From: Macrostomum hystrix
Lineage: Eukaryota; Animalia; Platyhelminthes
Direction: 5' to 3'
Length of the DNA: 64,000 nucleotides
Assembly: GCA_950097015.1 (NCBI GenBank)
Contig: CATNEN010000039.1
Location: forward strand, 15,004,001 to 15,068,000
Part shown: piece after piece, positions 1 to 12,300 of the stretch
Layout of the letters: each line of letters starts with the position of its first letter
How positions within the stretch are numbered: position 1 is the stretch's first letter
The notes under the pieces: generated by a model
What the model was told of the DNA's origin: nothing
Database searches by the model: none
What the model saw: the letters and a program-made list of their open reading frames with translations, nothing else
Program-made: the position numbers and the translations under genes

Positions 1-605
1 CAGTCGGTAGGTCAATGAAATGAAAAAAACGAATTTGTGCGCCAATTTAAGCGTGAAAATTTCTGCTCTGGCTACTAACAGTAGAGTACTTCGTAATTCA
101 TAATTATTTGTCCAGTTTTTGATCGCTCTACTTTATAAGCAAACTAAACCGGCGAGTAAAAAGTATGTTGTTAGCATATTCCGAAAAAATCAGTTTTTTT
201 ACTCTACTAATCCCCGTGTTCTCCTCCGCTTGGTCTTGTGTGTCTCTAGTTATTTATGTTAACTGATAACTTAACTAAGAAATCTAAGGCTGACAGCTAT
301 TATGAATGCTTAGCCAAAGGAAAGTAACAGATAAATAGGGTTATTTACTATACATTGCTTGCTTTTCTGCATTGAATTTTGAAGCAATTAAAATAAAAAT
401 ATTAATTATATACGAAAAACACGTGACCACTGTTTGCATTGTTTGCTATTATTAAGCCAGTTTTTTTGTAACTGTTCATTTTTAGGGCTAGATTTTGTTC
501 CATAACAATGTAGTACATTTGTATATTCGGTATTTTTTTATGTAAACTATTACATATTAGATATTGTAACTATAACATTACATTGGTGGCGCTTGGGAAA
601 CAACC

Positions 606-1515
606 CCACTAGATCCTCTGACTCCACCCTACTGGATTCTGACTCCACCCTACTAGATCCTCTGACTCCACCCTACTGGATTCTGACTCCACCCTACTAG
701 ATCCTCTGATTCCACCCTACTAGATCCTCTGACTCCACCCTACTAGATCCTCTGACTCCACCCTACTAGATCCTCTGACTCCACCCTACTAGATCCTCTG
801 ACTCCACCCTACTAGATCCTCTGACTCCACCCTACTAGATCCTCTGACTCCACCCTACTAGATCCTCTGACTCCACCCTACTAGATCCTCTAACTCCACT
901 CTACTAGATCCTCTGACTCCACCCTACTAGATCCTCTGACTCCACCCTACTAGGTCCTCTGACTCCACCCTACTAGATCCTCTGACTCCACCCTACTAGG
1001 TCCTCTGACTCCACCCTACTAGATCCTCTGACTCCACCCTACTAGGTCCTCTGACTCCACCCTACTAGATCCTCTGACTCCACCCTACTAGGTCCTCTGA
1101 CTCCACCCTACTAGATCCTCTAACTCCACCCTACTAGATCCTCTGACTCCACCCTACTAGATCCTCTGACTCCACCCTACTAGATCCTCTGACTCCACCC
1201 TACTAGATCCTCTGACTCCACCCTACTAGATCCTCTGACTCCACCCTACTAGATCCTCTAACTCCACTCTACTAGATCCTCTGACTCCACCCTACTAGAT
1301 CCTCTGACTCCACCCTACTGGATTCTCTGACTCCACCCTACTGGATCCTCTGACTCCACCCTACTAGATCCTCTGACTCCACCCTACTAGATCCTCTGAC
1401 TCCACCCTACTAGATCCTCTGACTCCACCCTACTAGGTCCTCTGACTCCACCCTACTAGATCCTCTGACTCCACCCTACTAGATCCTCTGACTCCACCCT
1501 ACTAGATCCTCTGAC
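606..1515. repeat. 23-bp minisatellite (TAGATCCTCTGACTCCACCCTAC)
   Basis: About 39 tandem units ending 60 bp before the DUS1L acceptor. Confidence 0.97.
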
Positions 1516-1575
1516 GCTTCTAACTATTACACAACAAGACCCTAAACAGCAAATAAATTATCTATATACCTTCAG

Positions 1576-2059
1576 CAGTCAAAGACACGCGACACATCAG
1601 TGGTCGATGACGCCGAGGACCATGCGTCTCTGGCTTCCTCCGCGGTCGCTGCTGAAGCATCGGTATCAGCAGCTGCAGCGGCAGCTTGGCATTTTTATAA
1701 TGTGACTCTTGGCGCGCCGCGGTTCATTGTGGCTCCAATGGTGGACCAGAGCGAGCTGGCCTGGCGCCAACTCGCCCGTCGCCACGGCGCTCAGTTGTGC
1801 TTCACACCGATGCTGCACGCTAGCGTGTTTGTGCGCGACAAAAACTATCGCCAGCTTAACCTGCAGACCTGCCAGTCTGATCGGCCTCTGATAGTACAAT
1901 TCTGCGCCAACGACCCGGACACGCTCTGCAACGCAGCCAAGCTTGCTCAGCACGCATGCGACGCCATCGATTTGAATCTTGGCTGCCCGCAGAGCATTGC
2001 TAGGCGCGGGCATTACGGAGCCTTCCTACAGGACGAATGGGATCTGGTCTGCTCAATGA
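1576..2059 (+). CDS. DUS1L: tRNA-dihydrouridine(16/17) synthase DUS1-like, first visible coding exon
   Basis: Dus motifs [29 protein letters not shown] and GHYGAFL. Tandem acceptor ttcagcag at 1571-1578; donor GTGAGT at 2060 (phase 1). No in-frame ATG before the motifs, so the start is probably in an unseen upstream exon. Confidence 0.92.
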
Positions 2060-2078
2060 GTGAGTGATTTAGTGCCTA

Positions 2079-2380
2079 TGACTGAACTGCGTCACAGCCT
2101 GACTGAACTGAGTCACAGCCTGACTGAACTGAGTCACAGCCTGACTGAACTGAGTCACAGCCTGACTGAACTGAGTCACAGCCTGACTGAACTGAGTCAC
2201 AATCTGACTGAACTGAGTCACAGCCTGACTGAACTGCGTCACAATCTGACTGAACTGAGTCACAGCCTGACTGAACTGAGTCACAGCCTGACTGAACTGA
2301 GTCACAATCTGACTGAACTGAGTCACAGCCTGACTGAACTGAGTCACAATCTGACTGAACTGAGTCACAGCCTGACTGAA
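2079..2380. repeat. 21-bp minisatellite (TGACTGAACTGAGTCACAGCC)
   Basis: About 14 units starting 20 bp after the DUS1L donor. Confidence 0.97.
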
Positions 2381-3965
2381 CGGACAAAAAATCAGTTCTA
2401 GGTTTAGGTATGCATGAAATTGCATGTCAGTTTCTCATCACTCAGTACTGTTTGTGACAATCCACTTAAACGTACTAAATAAATGCAATTTTGACAGACA
2501 CATGTTAGCCTTTGTAAATCTTTCTAGAGTGCATATAGTTTTTAATGATAATTAGCATTATCATGCCAATCTTTATGCAAATTAGTTAACCAGGAATTCT
2601 ACTAATTGCTTGGTTCAGTTTTTATTAATGCCTTGAACCCCTCTGCCCTTCTTTGTAAAAATGGCATGCGTATACACACGCGGACTTATTTATTTGTTTG
2701 CCTGTTCGCAGCTTTGCATTAATGTCCCTAGATAGATATATTGTATCCTGCAATGCATTTCATGCGTATATTGTTCTATACAGTGTTTCCTAAAGTTTTC
2801 CCTATTCCCTAAGTCCTTATCTGGGCAAGGCTTTGCTACGAGCCCGTAAAGAACTCGTAGATGATATTGTAACTAGCGGGTCGATATATAGCCCCAGTTG
2901 TTGTGCTTATTCGTCAGGAATGTCAGATTGGGTTTCGCTTCAATGTGAACTGCTTCCGCGGTTCTTCTGCCCAGTCCCACTCTTGCGCTCTTACCCATTT
3001 TTTGATTGGCGGCGTAGACGCATTGTGGGGAATGGGGAAATCGGGAAACGCCCCAACCGTTCCCCCATCTCCGTCTCCCACTCTGGTCAGTCTTCTTCAC
3101 TCCGTTTTTCCATGTCTTCCCATTTATTTCTTCCCCTCTTCTGCTCCCATCCCATCCCATCCTTTTGCTTTACTTGTAGTCTGAAAGCAGACTTCCGCCT
3201 ATTGAGTATTGAAAACGTTAAAGCTAATGGCATTGTGGCATTTCTAAACTCCCTCTATCCCACTATCGGCTTTAAGACTTCAACTACCTAGTACCTTATC
3301 AGCCACTAGTTATAATACATTAGAAAATACTTTCCACAGTTGAATGCTTCGCAACTTAGCCCTGGGGTGCAGCATTCGTTTCGTTCGCGGCTCCAGACCC
3401 CCTTCCAGCCAAAGAAACGGTGTTCGCTTTTGCTTGCCTTTTGAAATTCCATTCGCCCCAGTTTTATTTCGAAATTACTTGCTCTTCTATCTGGCTGGCT
3501 GGCTGTCTCTCCTTCTCTGTACTGCGCACACTCCAGTGGGTTGCCGGGCACCCCGCCCCTCCTCCGCCTCCGCCAACCCCAACCTGGCCAGTACTAAATA
3601 CTGAGAATTTCTCTCCCTCCCATCTCTTTCTCTCTTTATTCCTAGTTGTTCGCTTAGCCTCGCTAGCATCGTTATTCTTGAATATTTAACTTTGTCTTCT
3701 TCTTTTCATTGAGAAAGAAAATTGCACGGACGAATAAAAGCGCTTCGAGAATCGCCATATTTCTCGAGCATTCTTTTGTAAAGCGACAAGAACTGTAAGA
3801 ATAGTAATAGCTTCGCCTGGCCGCCAGTGCAACGGTATCGTCTGGCCTTAAAAAAAAGCACTCCAATCATCTCTTGGCATTGGCACCCCACTTATTCAAG
3901 CTAAAATCAACCAGCAAAAAAGGTAGACAGACTTTAAAAAAAGATCGATATATCTGTTCAAAGAC

Positions 3966-5024
3966 ATGCGCCTGAATTTCGTGCACGACTGGCCAGTGCA
4001 TTTGAAAGTGAATTCTGAGGATGCCAGCCGAACTGATCGGCCGCGCGAATCACTTCACGAAATCTATGACATTGCCATTGCATTGGACACCGCCGGGTGC
4101 GTGCTCAGCTCCCCAGGAGGATCCGGCCGATTCGCCGTCGCCTCGATTCGTCTCATTGGTGACAATGGCGGCGCCGACAGACAGCCGGGCGAGGTCGATT
4201 TGCCCTGTCCCAGTCTGTACGTTAGCGCCGGATTTCCTTGCCATTCTCTGCTAGTGTTCGACGAAACAGGCCGTCACGTGGCCGACGTCAGCCTCCGCTT
4301 GCACAGCGCCGCGCATATCGCCGGCATGGCTGCCGCCAACGAGTCCGTACTGCCACGCTACCATATAGGCCGCGTCCTTATTTACCAGCGCTCATTGTAC
4401 GTTGCCGATTGCGAATTCGATTTTATCTACATTTGCGATCTAGCCGGCGATGTTCGTCACGTGATCAGCTGGCCGGAGGAGCTCAACTCTCCCATGGGCA
4501 TGTGCGTCAGCTCCGAGCGGCTGTACGTCTGTGACTCCGGTAATCGCCGGGTGCGCGTCTTCGACACCCAGTCCTACCGGCCGGTGATCGGGGAGGACGC
4601 CCGGTTTGCTGGCGTGCACACTCGGGGCGTCTGTCAGTGCGGCTCAGCCGGCCAGCGGTGCCTAATAGTCGGCGACTTCGAGTCCGGTGAGCTGCTAGTT
4701 GATCCGCCTCAGTGGGGCAGTTTCAGTCTAGCTTTCGATGGCATCGGCGAGCCGTTTGCCCTGGTGCCGGGACCCTTGCCCGACACCATATTCGTGTCCT
4801 CCTCCAGCATGCAGGCCGATCACAGCGTCAAGCTTATCAGCATCGCGCCGGGTGGCAATGTTGACAGCAGCCAATTGCTGGCCTCCTGCGGCGGCCGCGG
4901 CTCTGAACCCGGCCAGTTTAATAAACCGCGCGGCCTAGCTTTCAATCCAGCCACTGGCCGGCTATACGCTGTTGATGCTCGCAATTATCGCGTCCAGGTG
5001 TTTCAGGTGGACACATCTGTTTGA
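3966..5024 (+). CDS. Intronless NHL-repeat (beta-propeller) protein nested in a DUS1L intron
   Basis: 352-aa GC-rich ORF with NHL repeats LNSPMGMCVSSERLYVCDSGNRRVRVF and GQFNKPRGLAFNPATGRLYAVDARNYRVQVF; no RING or B-box visible. Confidence 0.85.
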   Translation: MRLNFVHDWPVHLKVNSEDASRTDRPRESLHEIYDIAIALDTAGCVLSSPGGSGRFAVASIRLIGDNGGADRQPGEVDLPCPSLYVSAGFPCHSLLVFDETGRHVADVSLRLHSAAHIAGMAAANESVLPRYHIGRVLIYQRSLYVADCEFDFIYICDLAGDVRHVISWPEELNSPMGMCVSSERLYVCDSGNRRVRVFDTQSYRPVIGEDARFAGVHTRGVCQCGSAGQRCLIVGDFESGELLVDPPQWGSFSLAFDGIGEPFALVPGPLPDTIFVSSSSMQADHSVKLISIAPGGNVDSSQLLASCGGRGSEPGQFNKPRGLAFNPATGRLYAVDARNYRVQVFQVDTSV

Positions 5025-5397
5025 CAATATTTCTGCTTTTTTTAATTAAGTTATTACGTCCTGCTAAATTGTGCGTCTCTGCTTTTTATTATGGATTTCT
5101 ATTTTATTTAGCTTGGTTCACCTGCGCTTAGATACTAGCTAATATTTCATCGAAATACCTGCGCCTAAAACTGCGCACGCCTGCGCGCCGATTTGAGCAG
5201 AGCATCCGACAGAACGCTAGGCGTTGCTAGCACTAGTTGCTTCGCGAAATTAGTGTGATTCTAGTTTTAAGAAAAAGTAATTGCTTCAGAAGGGGATCAA
5301 TTTATTTGGTAATGTCTCTCTGCATTTTTCTACTATTCGGCTTCCGAATTCTCTTAAAAAACAAAACACGGATTCATTCATAAAAATTTCCCAAATA

Positions 5398-6248
5398 AAT
5401 TCACCGAATTCACAATTACGAGCTAGATTCACCGAATTCACAATTAGATTTACAGAATTCATAATTAGATTCACCGAATTCACAATTAGATTTACAGAAT
5501 TCACAATTAGATTTACAGAATTCACAATTAGATTTACAGAATTCATAATTAGATTCACCGAATTCACAATTAGATTTACAGAATTCATAATTAGATTTAC
5601 AGAATTCATAATTAGATTCACCGAATTCACAATTAGATTTACAGAATTCACAATTTGATTCACCGAATTCACAATTAGATTTACAGAATTCACAATTAGA
5701 TTCACCGAATTCACAATTTGATTCACCGAATTCACAATTTGATTCACCGAATTCACAATTTGATTCACCGAATTCACAATTTGATTCACCGAATTCACAA
5801 TTAGATTTACAGAATTCATAATTTGATTCACCGAATTCACAGTTAGATTCACCGAATTCACAATTAGATTTACAGAATTCACAATTTGATTCACCGAATT
5901 CACAATTTGATTCACCGAATTCACAATTTGATTCACCGAATTCACAATTTGATTCACCGAATTCACAATTAGATTTACAGAATTCACAATTAGATTCACC
6001 GAATTCACAATTAGATTCATCGAATTCACAATTAGATTTACAGAATTCACAATTTGATTCACCGAATTCACAATTAGATTTACAGAATTCACAATTAGAT
6101 TTACAGAATTCACAATTTGATTCACCGAATTCACAATTAGATTCACCAAATTCAATTACGAGCTAGATTCACCGAATTCACAATTAGATTCACCGAATTC
6201 ACAATTAGATTCACCGAATTCACAATTAGATTCACCGAATTCACCGAA
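5398..6248. repeat. 21-bp minisatellite (GAATTCACAATTAGATTCACC)
   Basis: About 40 units with an EcoRI site in each. Confidence 0.97.
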
Positions 6249-7974
6249 TATCCATAGAGTTTGCTACATTTCGTTTTTTCAGTAGTCTAAAAACTATCAA
6301 ACAGTAATTATATCGTTATACGTACCCTATTTGTTAGACATAATTTTGATCATCTAATATTATTACCTGACAACGGTGCAATGCAAAGCAATGTTCTAAT
6401 GCTATATAGATTTAGAAGTGATGAAGGTGGTGAAGAACAGTTAGTTTTAAGAGGCAGAGTACTGTAGTAGTACGTGAGCCTTCACTGTTTCATAAATATT
6501 AACTTTTATTTATTACTTGCTTTTTGTAATTAAAATCACTCCAATCTCAGTCATATAAGGGACCATTTAGTTGTTCTTTATTTTTTAGTATACAGGAAGT
6601 CTCATTTACTCGCATTCGTTAGTTTTTATTTACCGCACTGATCACTAAGATTTTGTTTCCAACCTTAACAGAAAGCAACCTTAGTAGCTAAGCAATGTTT
6701 TTCGCCACATCTTTTGTACAATTTGACTTTAAACTATCAGAAGAACATTTTAATAAAATAAATTTATTATTTTGTATGGCCATAGACAATCTGATTGTTT
6801 TATTTTGATTACTTGAAGTCCTGTCTTTTAAAAATAATTTCTTTTGACTGGAAAATATGACACAAGAAAGACAGATTGATGAATTCATGAAAACGATGAG
6901 AAAAGACACACCAGAATATCTTAATTCCGGGTTCGAATCTCAGTTTATAAAATCCTTAAAAACGAAGGCACTTTGTATTTGATCCTTGCCTTCTTCTTTG
7001 AAAGGAGAATAAATTTACTAGCAAACTTTCACGTCAACTTTTAACACCTTGCCAAACCAGATCATGACAGGCAGAAGTGATATTTTGTTTCTCCGCTGTA
7101 ACAGAACAACAGAACACTTGGCATGCCAAGTTTTTTTAGGTGCGTGATGAATGCTGGGTGGTGCTTTACGAAATCATAGAAGATATTACATCTCAAGATT
7201 GTATGTTGGTAGTTTTTTTAATTCTAGCTGGTTACTATGCTGATCACAAAAATGATGGACGCCTTAAAATGTTGCAAGAAGTCGATTTTTTTAAACAAAA
7301 AATCTGTTCAATTCTGTCAGTCTTTTTCTGGGCAAACAAATTCCAACTTCACATGCATAATTATAAAGCCGCTCTTTTCGGTGTAGCTTGCACCGGAATG
7401 CTGACTTCAGCCTTACCTGGCTTTCTGTCTCTTGCTGCTGCTGCTGCTGCTGCTGTTACTGCTGATGCTTTTTACCTGAAGAGGGTCGAGGGAACGAGCT
7501 GCAGTCCGTCAGGTTACCCAGCAAATTTATTTCTTGGAGCGGCATAAAAATCTGATTTTCCAAATCTCGTCCATCTGCACCCTAGCGTCAACTGCAGGAC
7601 TACTTTGGTTGCTGCTTGTAGTATATATTTCCTCCCTATCATTGGGAGTATTCTGACAAGAACGCTCTTTGGTAGAGAAAGATTAAGTGAGAGAAGACTT
7701 AACAGCTAGCTGGGGTAGAGGCAAGCGAAAAAGTGCACTGCGAGATTATGATGGCGCGATACGCACACACACACGCGTACACACGTACCAACGCGACTAT
7801 TTTAGTTAGTCCCTCAACGTGGAATGGAAATCCTTGCCTTTAGCTTACAGAAGCCGAAGCTGCTGCAGACTGACCGACTGGCTGTCTAAAATGTTTGAAT
7901 GTTCTTCTCTTACTTGCAGCAGCGAGACTCGACTAATAACTCTTGGCCCTATGCAGGTTACTAACAGATTTCTT

Positions 7975-8120
7975 TAATGCTTGTTATACTACAGTCGTGG
8001 CTTCTCCAACCTGCATTAGGTCACATTGCAAGTTGCAGGTGATGACATTACTTCAGCAGTCTCCGGCAGCGACATCGATATCCAAAGTTCTGAGCTCCCT
8101 GCCAGTCGAGAAATGGCTCC
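7975..8120 (-). pseudogene. Decayed GIY-YIG endonuclease-like fragment (Penelope-type retroelement remnant)
   Basis: Manual translation STGRELR...DC*SNVITCNLQCDLMQVGEAT resembles the C-x-S-x-NVIY..C..C..YVGET pattern, with in-frame stops. Confidence 0.35.
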
Positions 8121-8384
8121 CTTATTTCTTCCTTCCTTCTCCCTTATTTTAGTTGTTTACCTTGCTATCGATTGGACCTTGCCATGTCCTGAGTTGAACA
8201 GCAAGACTGCAATATAAGATTATAATCGATGACTGCAGTGCGTTTCTATGTGAGCTCCACTCCAAGGCGGGGGGCAATGTAGAGAAGCTTCCTTAAAGCA
8301 CCTTTCAGTGAGCATTGATTGATAATTTAATCAATGCTCCCAAATTTATAATATTAATATTATAAATAAATAACCTTGTTGTGT

Positions 8385-8625
8385 CAGCGTGGTCTACCGC
8401 GTTTGGCTCTCGCATCGAGGTCACTATGCTCGATTCTGCGGCGTGGCCTCATTTTTTGGTTGCAGCCGCGAAGAGGGGGCTTAAGGGCTAGAATTAAAAT
8501 TTACTTCCTTTTGAGCCGATCCCCTAGTCACAGTAAAAGTGTACACTGCACCTGTGTTCGAGTGTGCCTGCGTACGGTCTCTGCGTACTTTTGTGCTCAA
8601 AAGTTAGGAGAATTGCCTCTCGTCA
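8385..8625 (+). mobile_element. SINE family 1, decayed copy
   Basis: GCGTTTGGCTCTCGCA, GCAGCCGCG, AGTGTACACTGC, GCCTGCGTAC and AGAATTGCCTC occur in family order. Confidence 0.65.
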
Positions 8626-8864
8626 TCTGTGGATCAACTGTCTTGTTTTGTTCGTTTTTAACAAAAAGATAAGTATTGTCACGTGCTCGAGTCGACAAAG
8701 AACGATTTTTAACAAAAAGTTTAGTTAGCCTAAGTTGGCGAAAATCATTATACGCCACCTAATCGTGTCTCATTTTTTAAAACAATATTTTTTGCTTGTG
8801 TTTAAAGTATCATTTCAAGCGTTAAATTTTCCTTCTCCCCACCTACTTTTCATTTCCATACCAG

Positions 8865-9318
8865 TCTCAAAATGCGCCGCAGAGCTATCAGTACCTGTGA
8901 CCGCTAAAATTCGCGTATTCGAAAGCGTAGAAAAATCTATTCTCTATGCTCAACGCCTGGCGGCTGCCGGAGCTTCCATGCTCACTGTGCACGGCCGCAC
9001 CCGGGAGCAGAAGGGCTGCCAAACCGGCCTAGCTAACTGGTCTCACATTCGAGCCATCAGGCAAGCTGTCGGCATCCCTGTGGTTGCTAATGGCAACATT
9101 GAATACCTGTCAGACGTGTTAGCCTGCCTAGAGGAAACTGGCTGCTGTGGTGTAATGTCAGCCGAGGGTCACTTGCACAATCCGGGCCTATTTGATCCTG
9201 AGCACCTGGGTCACCAGCCGGTCTGGTTGATTGGCCGGGAGTACCTGCAGTTAGCCAGGGAGTATCCCTGTCCGCTGTCCTACGCCAGGGGGCACATGTT
9301 CAAGCTGACTCATCACCT
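8865..9318 (+). CDS. DUS1L: DUS1L internal exon
   Basis: [22 protein letters not shown] and GVMSAEG motifs. Acceptor ccag at 8864; the phase 1 join gives M-I-S; donor GTAAGC at 9319 (phase 2). Confidence 0.93.
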
Positions 9319-9363
9319 GTAAGCGGCTTGTCGCATTTTACTTTAGTAAAACTTTTAACATCT

Positions 9364-12300
9364 TGAACATCTGATTATTCAGGGACATTCTTCATGAACA
9401 TCTGATTCTTCAGGGACATTCTTAATGAACATATGATTATTCAGGGATATTCTTCATGAACATCTGATTATTCAGGGACATTCTTCATGCACATCTGATT
9501 ATTCAGGGACATTCTTCATGACCATCTGGTTATTTAGGGGCATTCTTGATGAACATCTGATTATTCAGGAATATTCTTCATGAACATCTGATTATTCAGG
9601 GACATTCTTAATGAACATATGATTCTTCAGGAACATTCTTCATGAACATCTGATTATTCAGGGGCATTCTTCATGAACATCTGGTTATTTAGGGCATTCT
9701 TCATTAACATCTGATTATTCAGGGATATTCTTCATGAACATCTGGTTATTTAGGGCATTCTTCATTAACATCTGATTATTCAGGGATATTCTTCATTAAC
9801 ATCTGATTATTCAGGGATATTCTTCATTAACATCTGATTATTCAGGGATATTCTTCATGAACATCTGGTTATTTAGGGCATTCTTCATTAACATCTGATT
9901 ATTCAGGGATATTCTTCATTAACATCTGATTATTCAGGGATATTCTTCATGAACATCTGGTTATTTAGGGACATTCTTCATTAACATCTGATTATTCAGG
10001 GATATTCTTCATGAACATCTGGTTATTTAGGGACATTCTTAATGAACATCAGATTATTCAGGGATATTCTTAATGAACATCTGATTATTCACGGACATTC
10101 TTCATGAACATCTGATTATTCACGGACATTCTTCATGAACATCTGATTCTTCAGGAACATTCTTCATTAACATCTGATTATTCAGGGGCATTCTTCATGA
10201 ACATCTGATTATTCAGGGACATTCTTCATGACCATCTGGTTATTTTGGGGCATTCTTCATTAACATCTGATTATTCAGGGACATTCTTAATGACCATCTG
10301 GTTATTTAGGGGCATTCTTCATTAACATCTGATTATTCAGGGACATTCTTCATGAACATCTGATTATTCAGGGACATTCTTCATGACCATCTGGTTATTT
10401 AAGGGCATTCTTCATGAACATCTGATTATTCAGGGATATTCTTCATGAACATCTGGTTATTTAGGGCATTCTTCATTAACATCTGATTATTCAGGGATAT
10501 TCTTCATTAACATCTGATTATTCAGGGATATTCTTCATTAACATCTGATTATTCAGGGATATTCTTCATGAACATCTGGTTATTTAGGGCATTCTTCATT
10601 AACATCTGATTATTCAGGGATATTCTTCATGAACATCTGATTATTCACGGACATTCTTCATGAACATCTGATTCTTCAGGAACATTCTTCATTAACATCT
10701 GATTATTCAGGGATATTCTTCATTAACATCTGATTATTCAGGGATATTCTTCATGAACATCTGGTTATTTAGGGACATTCTTAATGAACATCAGATTATT
10801 CAGGGATATTCTTAATGAACATCTGATTATTCACGGACATTCTTCATGAACATCTGATTATTCACGGACATTCTTCATGAACATCTGATTCTTCAGGAAC
10901 ATTCTTCATTAACATCTGATTATTCAGGGGCATTCTTCATGAACATCTGATTATTCAGGGACATTCTTCATGACCATCTGGTTATTTTGGGGCATTCTTC
11001 ACTAACATCTGATTATTCAGGGACATTCTTAATGACCATCTGGTTATTTAGGGGCATTCTTCATTAACATCTGATTATTCAGGGACATTCTTCATGAACA
11101 TCTGATTATTCAGGGACATTCTTCATGACCATCTGATTATTCAGGGACATTCTTAATGAACATATGATTCTTCAGGAACATTCTTCATGAACATCTGATT
11201 ATTCAGGGGCATTCTTCATGAACATCTGATTATTCAGGGACATTCTTCATGACCATCTGGTTATTTAAGGGCATTCTTCATGAACATCTGATTATTCAGG
11301 GGCATTCTTCATGAACATCTGATTATTCAGGGGCATTCTTCATGTACATCTGATTATTCAGGGATATTCTTCATGAACATCTGATTATTTAGGGGCATTC
11401 TTCATGAACATCTGATTATTCAGGGGCATTCTTCATGAACATCTGATTATTCAGGGGCATTCTTCATGAACATCTGATTATTCAGGGACATTCTTCATGA
11501 ACATCAAATTATTCAGGGACATTCTTCATGACCATCTGGTTATTTAGGGGCATTCTTCATTAACATCTGATTATTCAGGGATATTCTTCATGAACATCTG
11601 ATTATTCAGGGATATTCTTCATGAACATCTGATTATTCAGGGATATTCTTCATGAACATCTGATTATTCAGGGGCATTCTTCATGAACATCTGATTATTC
11701 AGGGGCATTCTTGATGAACATCTGATTATTTAAGGGCATTCTTCATGACCATCTGATTATTCAGGGGCATTCTTCATGAACATCTGATTATTCAGGGGCA
11801 TTCTTCATGAACATCAAATTATTCAGGGACATTCTTCATGACCATCTAGTTATTTAGGGGCATTCTTCATTAACATCTGATTATTCAGGGATATTCTTCA
11901 TGAACATCTGATTATTCAGGGATATTCTTCATGAACATCTGATTATTCAGGGATATTCTTCATGAACATCTGATTATTCAGGGATATTCTTCATGAACAT
12001 CTGGTTATTCAGGGATATTCTTCATGAACATCTGATTATTCAGGGATATTCTTCATGAACATCTGGTTATTTAGGGGCATTCTTCATGAACATCTGATTA
12101 TTCAGAGACATTTTTCATAAACCTCTGGTTATTCAGGGACATTCTTCATGAACATCTGATTATTCAGGGACATTCTTCATGACCATCTGATTATTCAGGG
12201 GCATTCTTCATGAACATCTGATTATTCAGGGACATTTTTAATGAACATCTGATTATTCAGGGACATTTTTAATGAACATCTGATTATTCAGGGACATTCT

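Noticed and set aside
2833-3690. ORFs with RNase H-like LQWVAGH and IVGN fragments
   Set aside because: Motifs are out of order and in different ORFs; at best an unclassifiable decayed retroelement.
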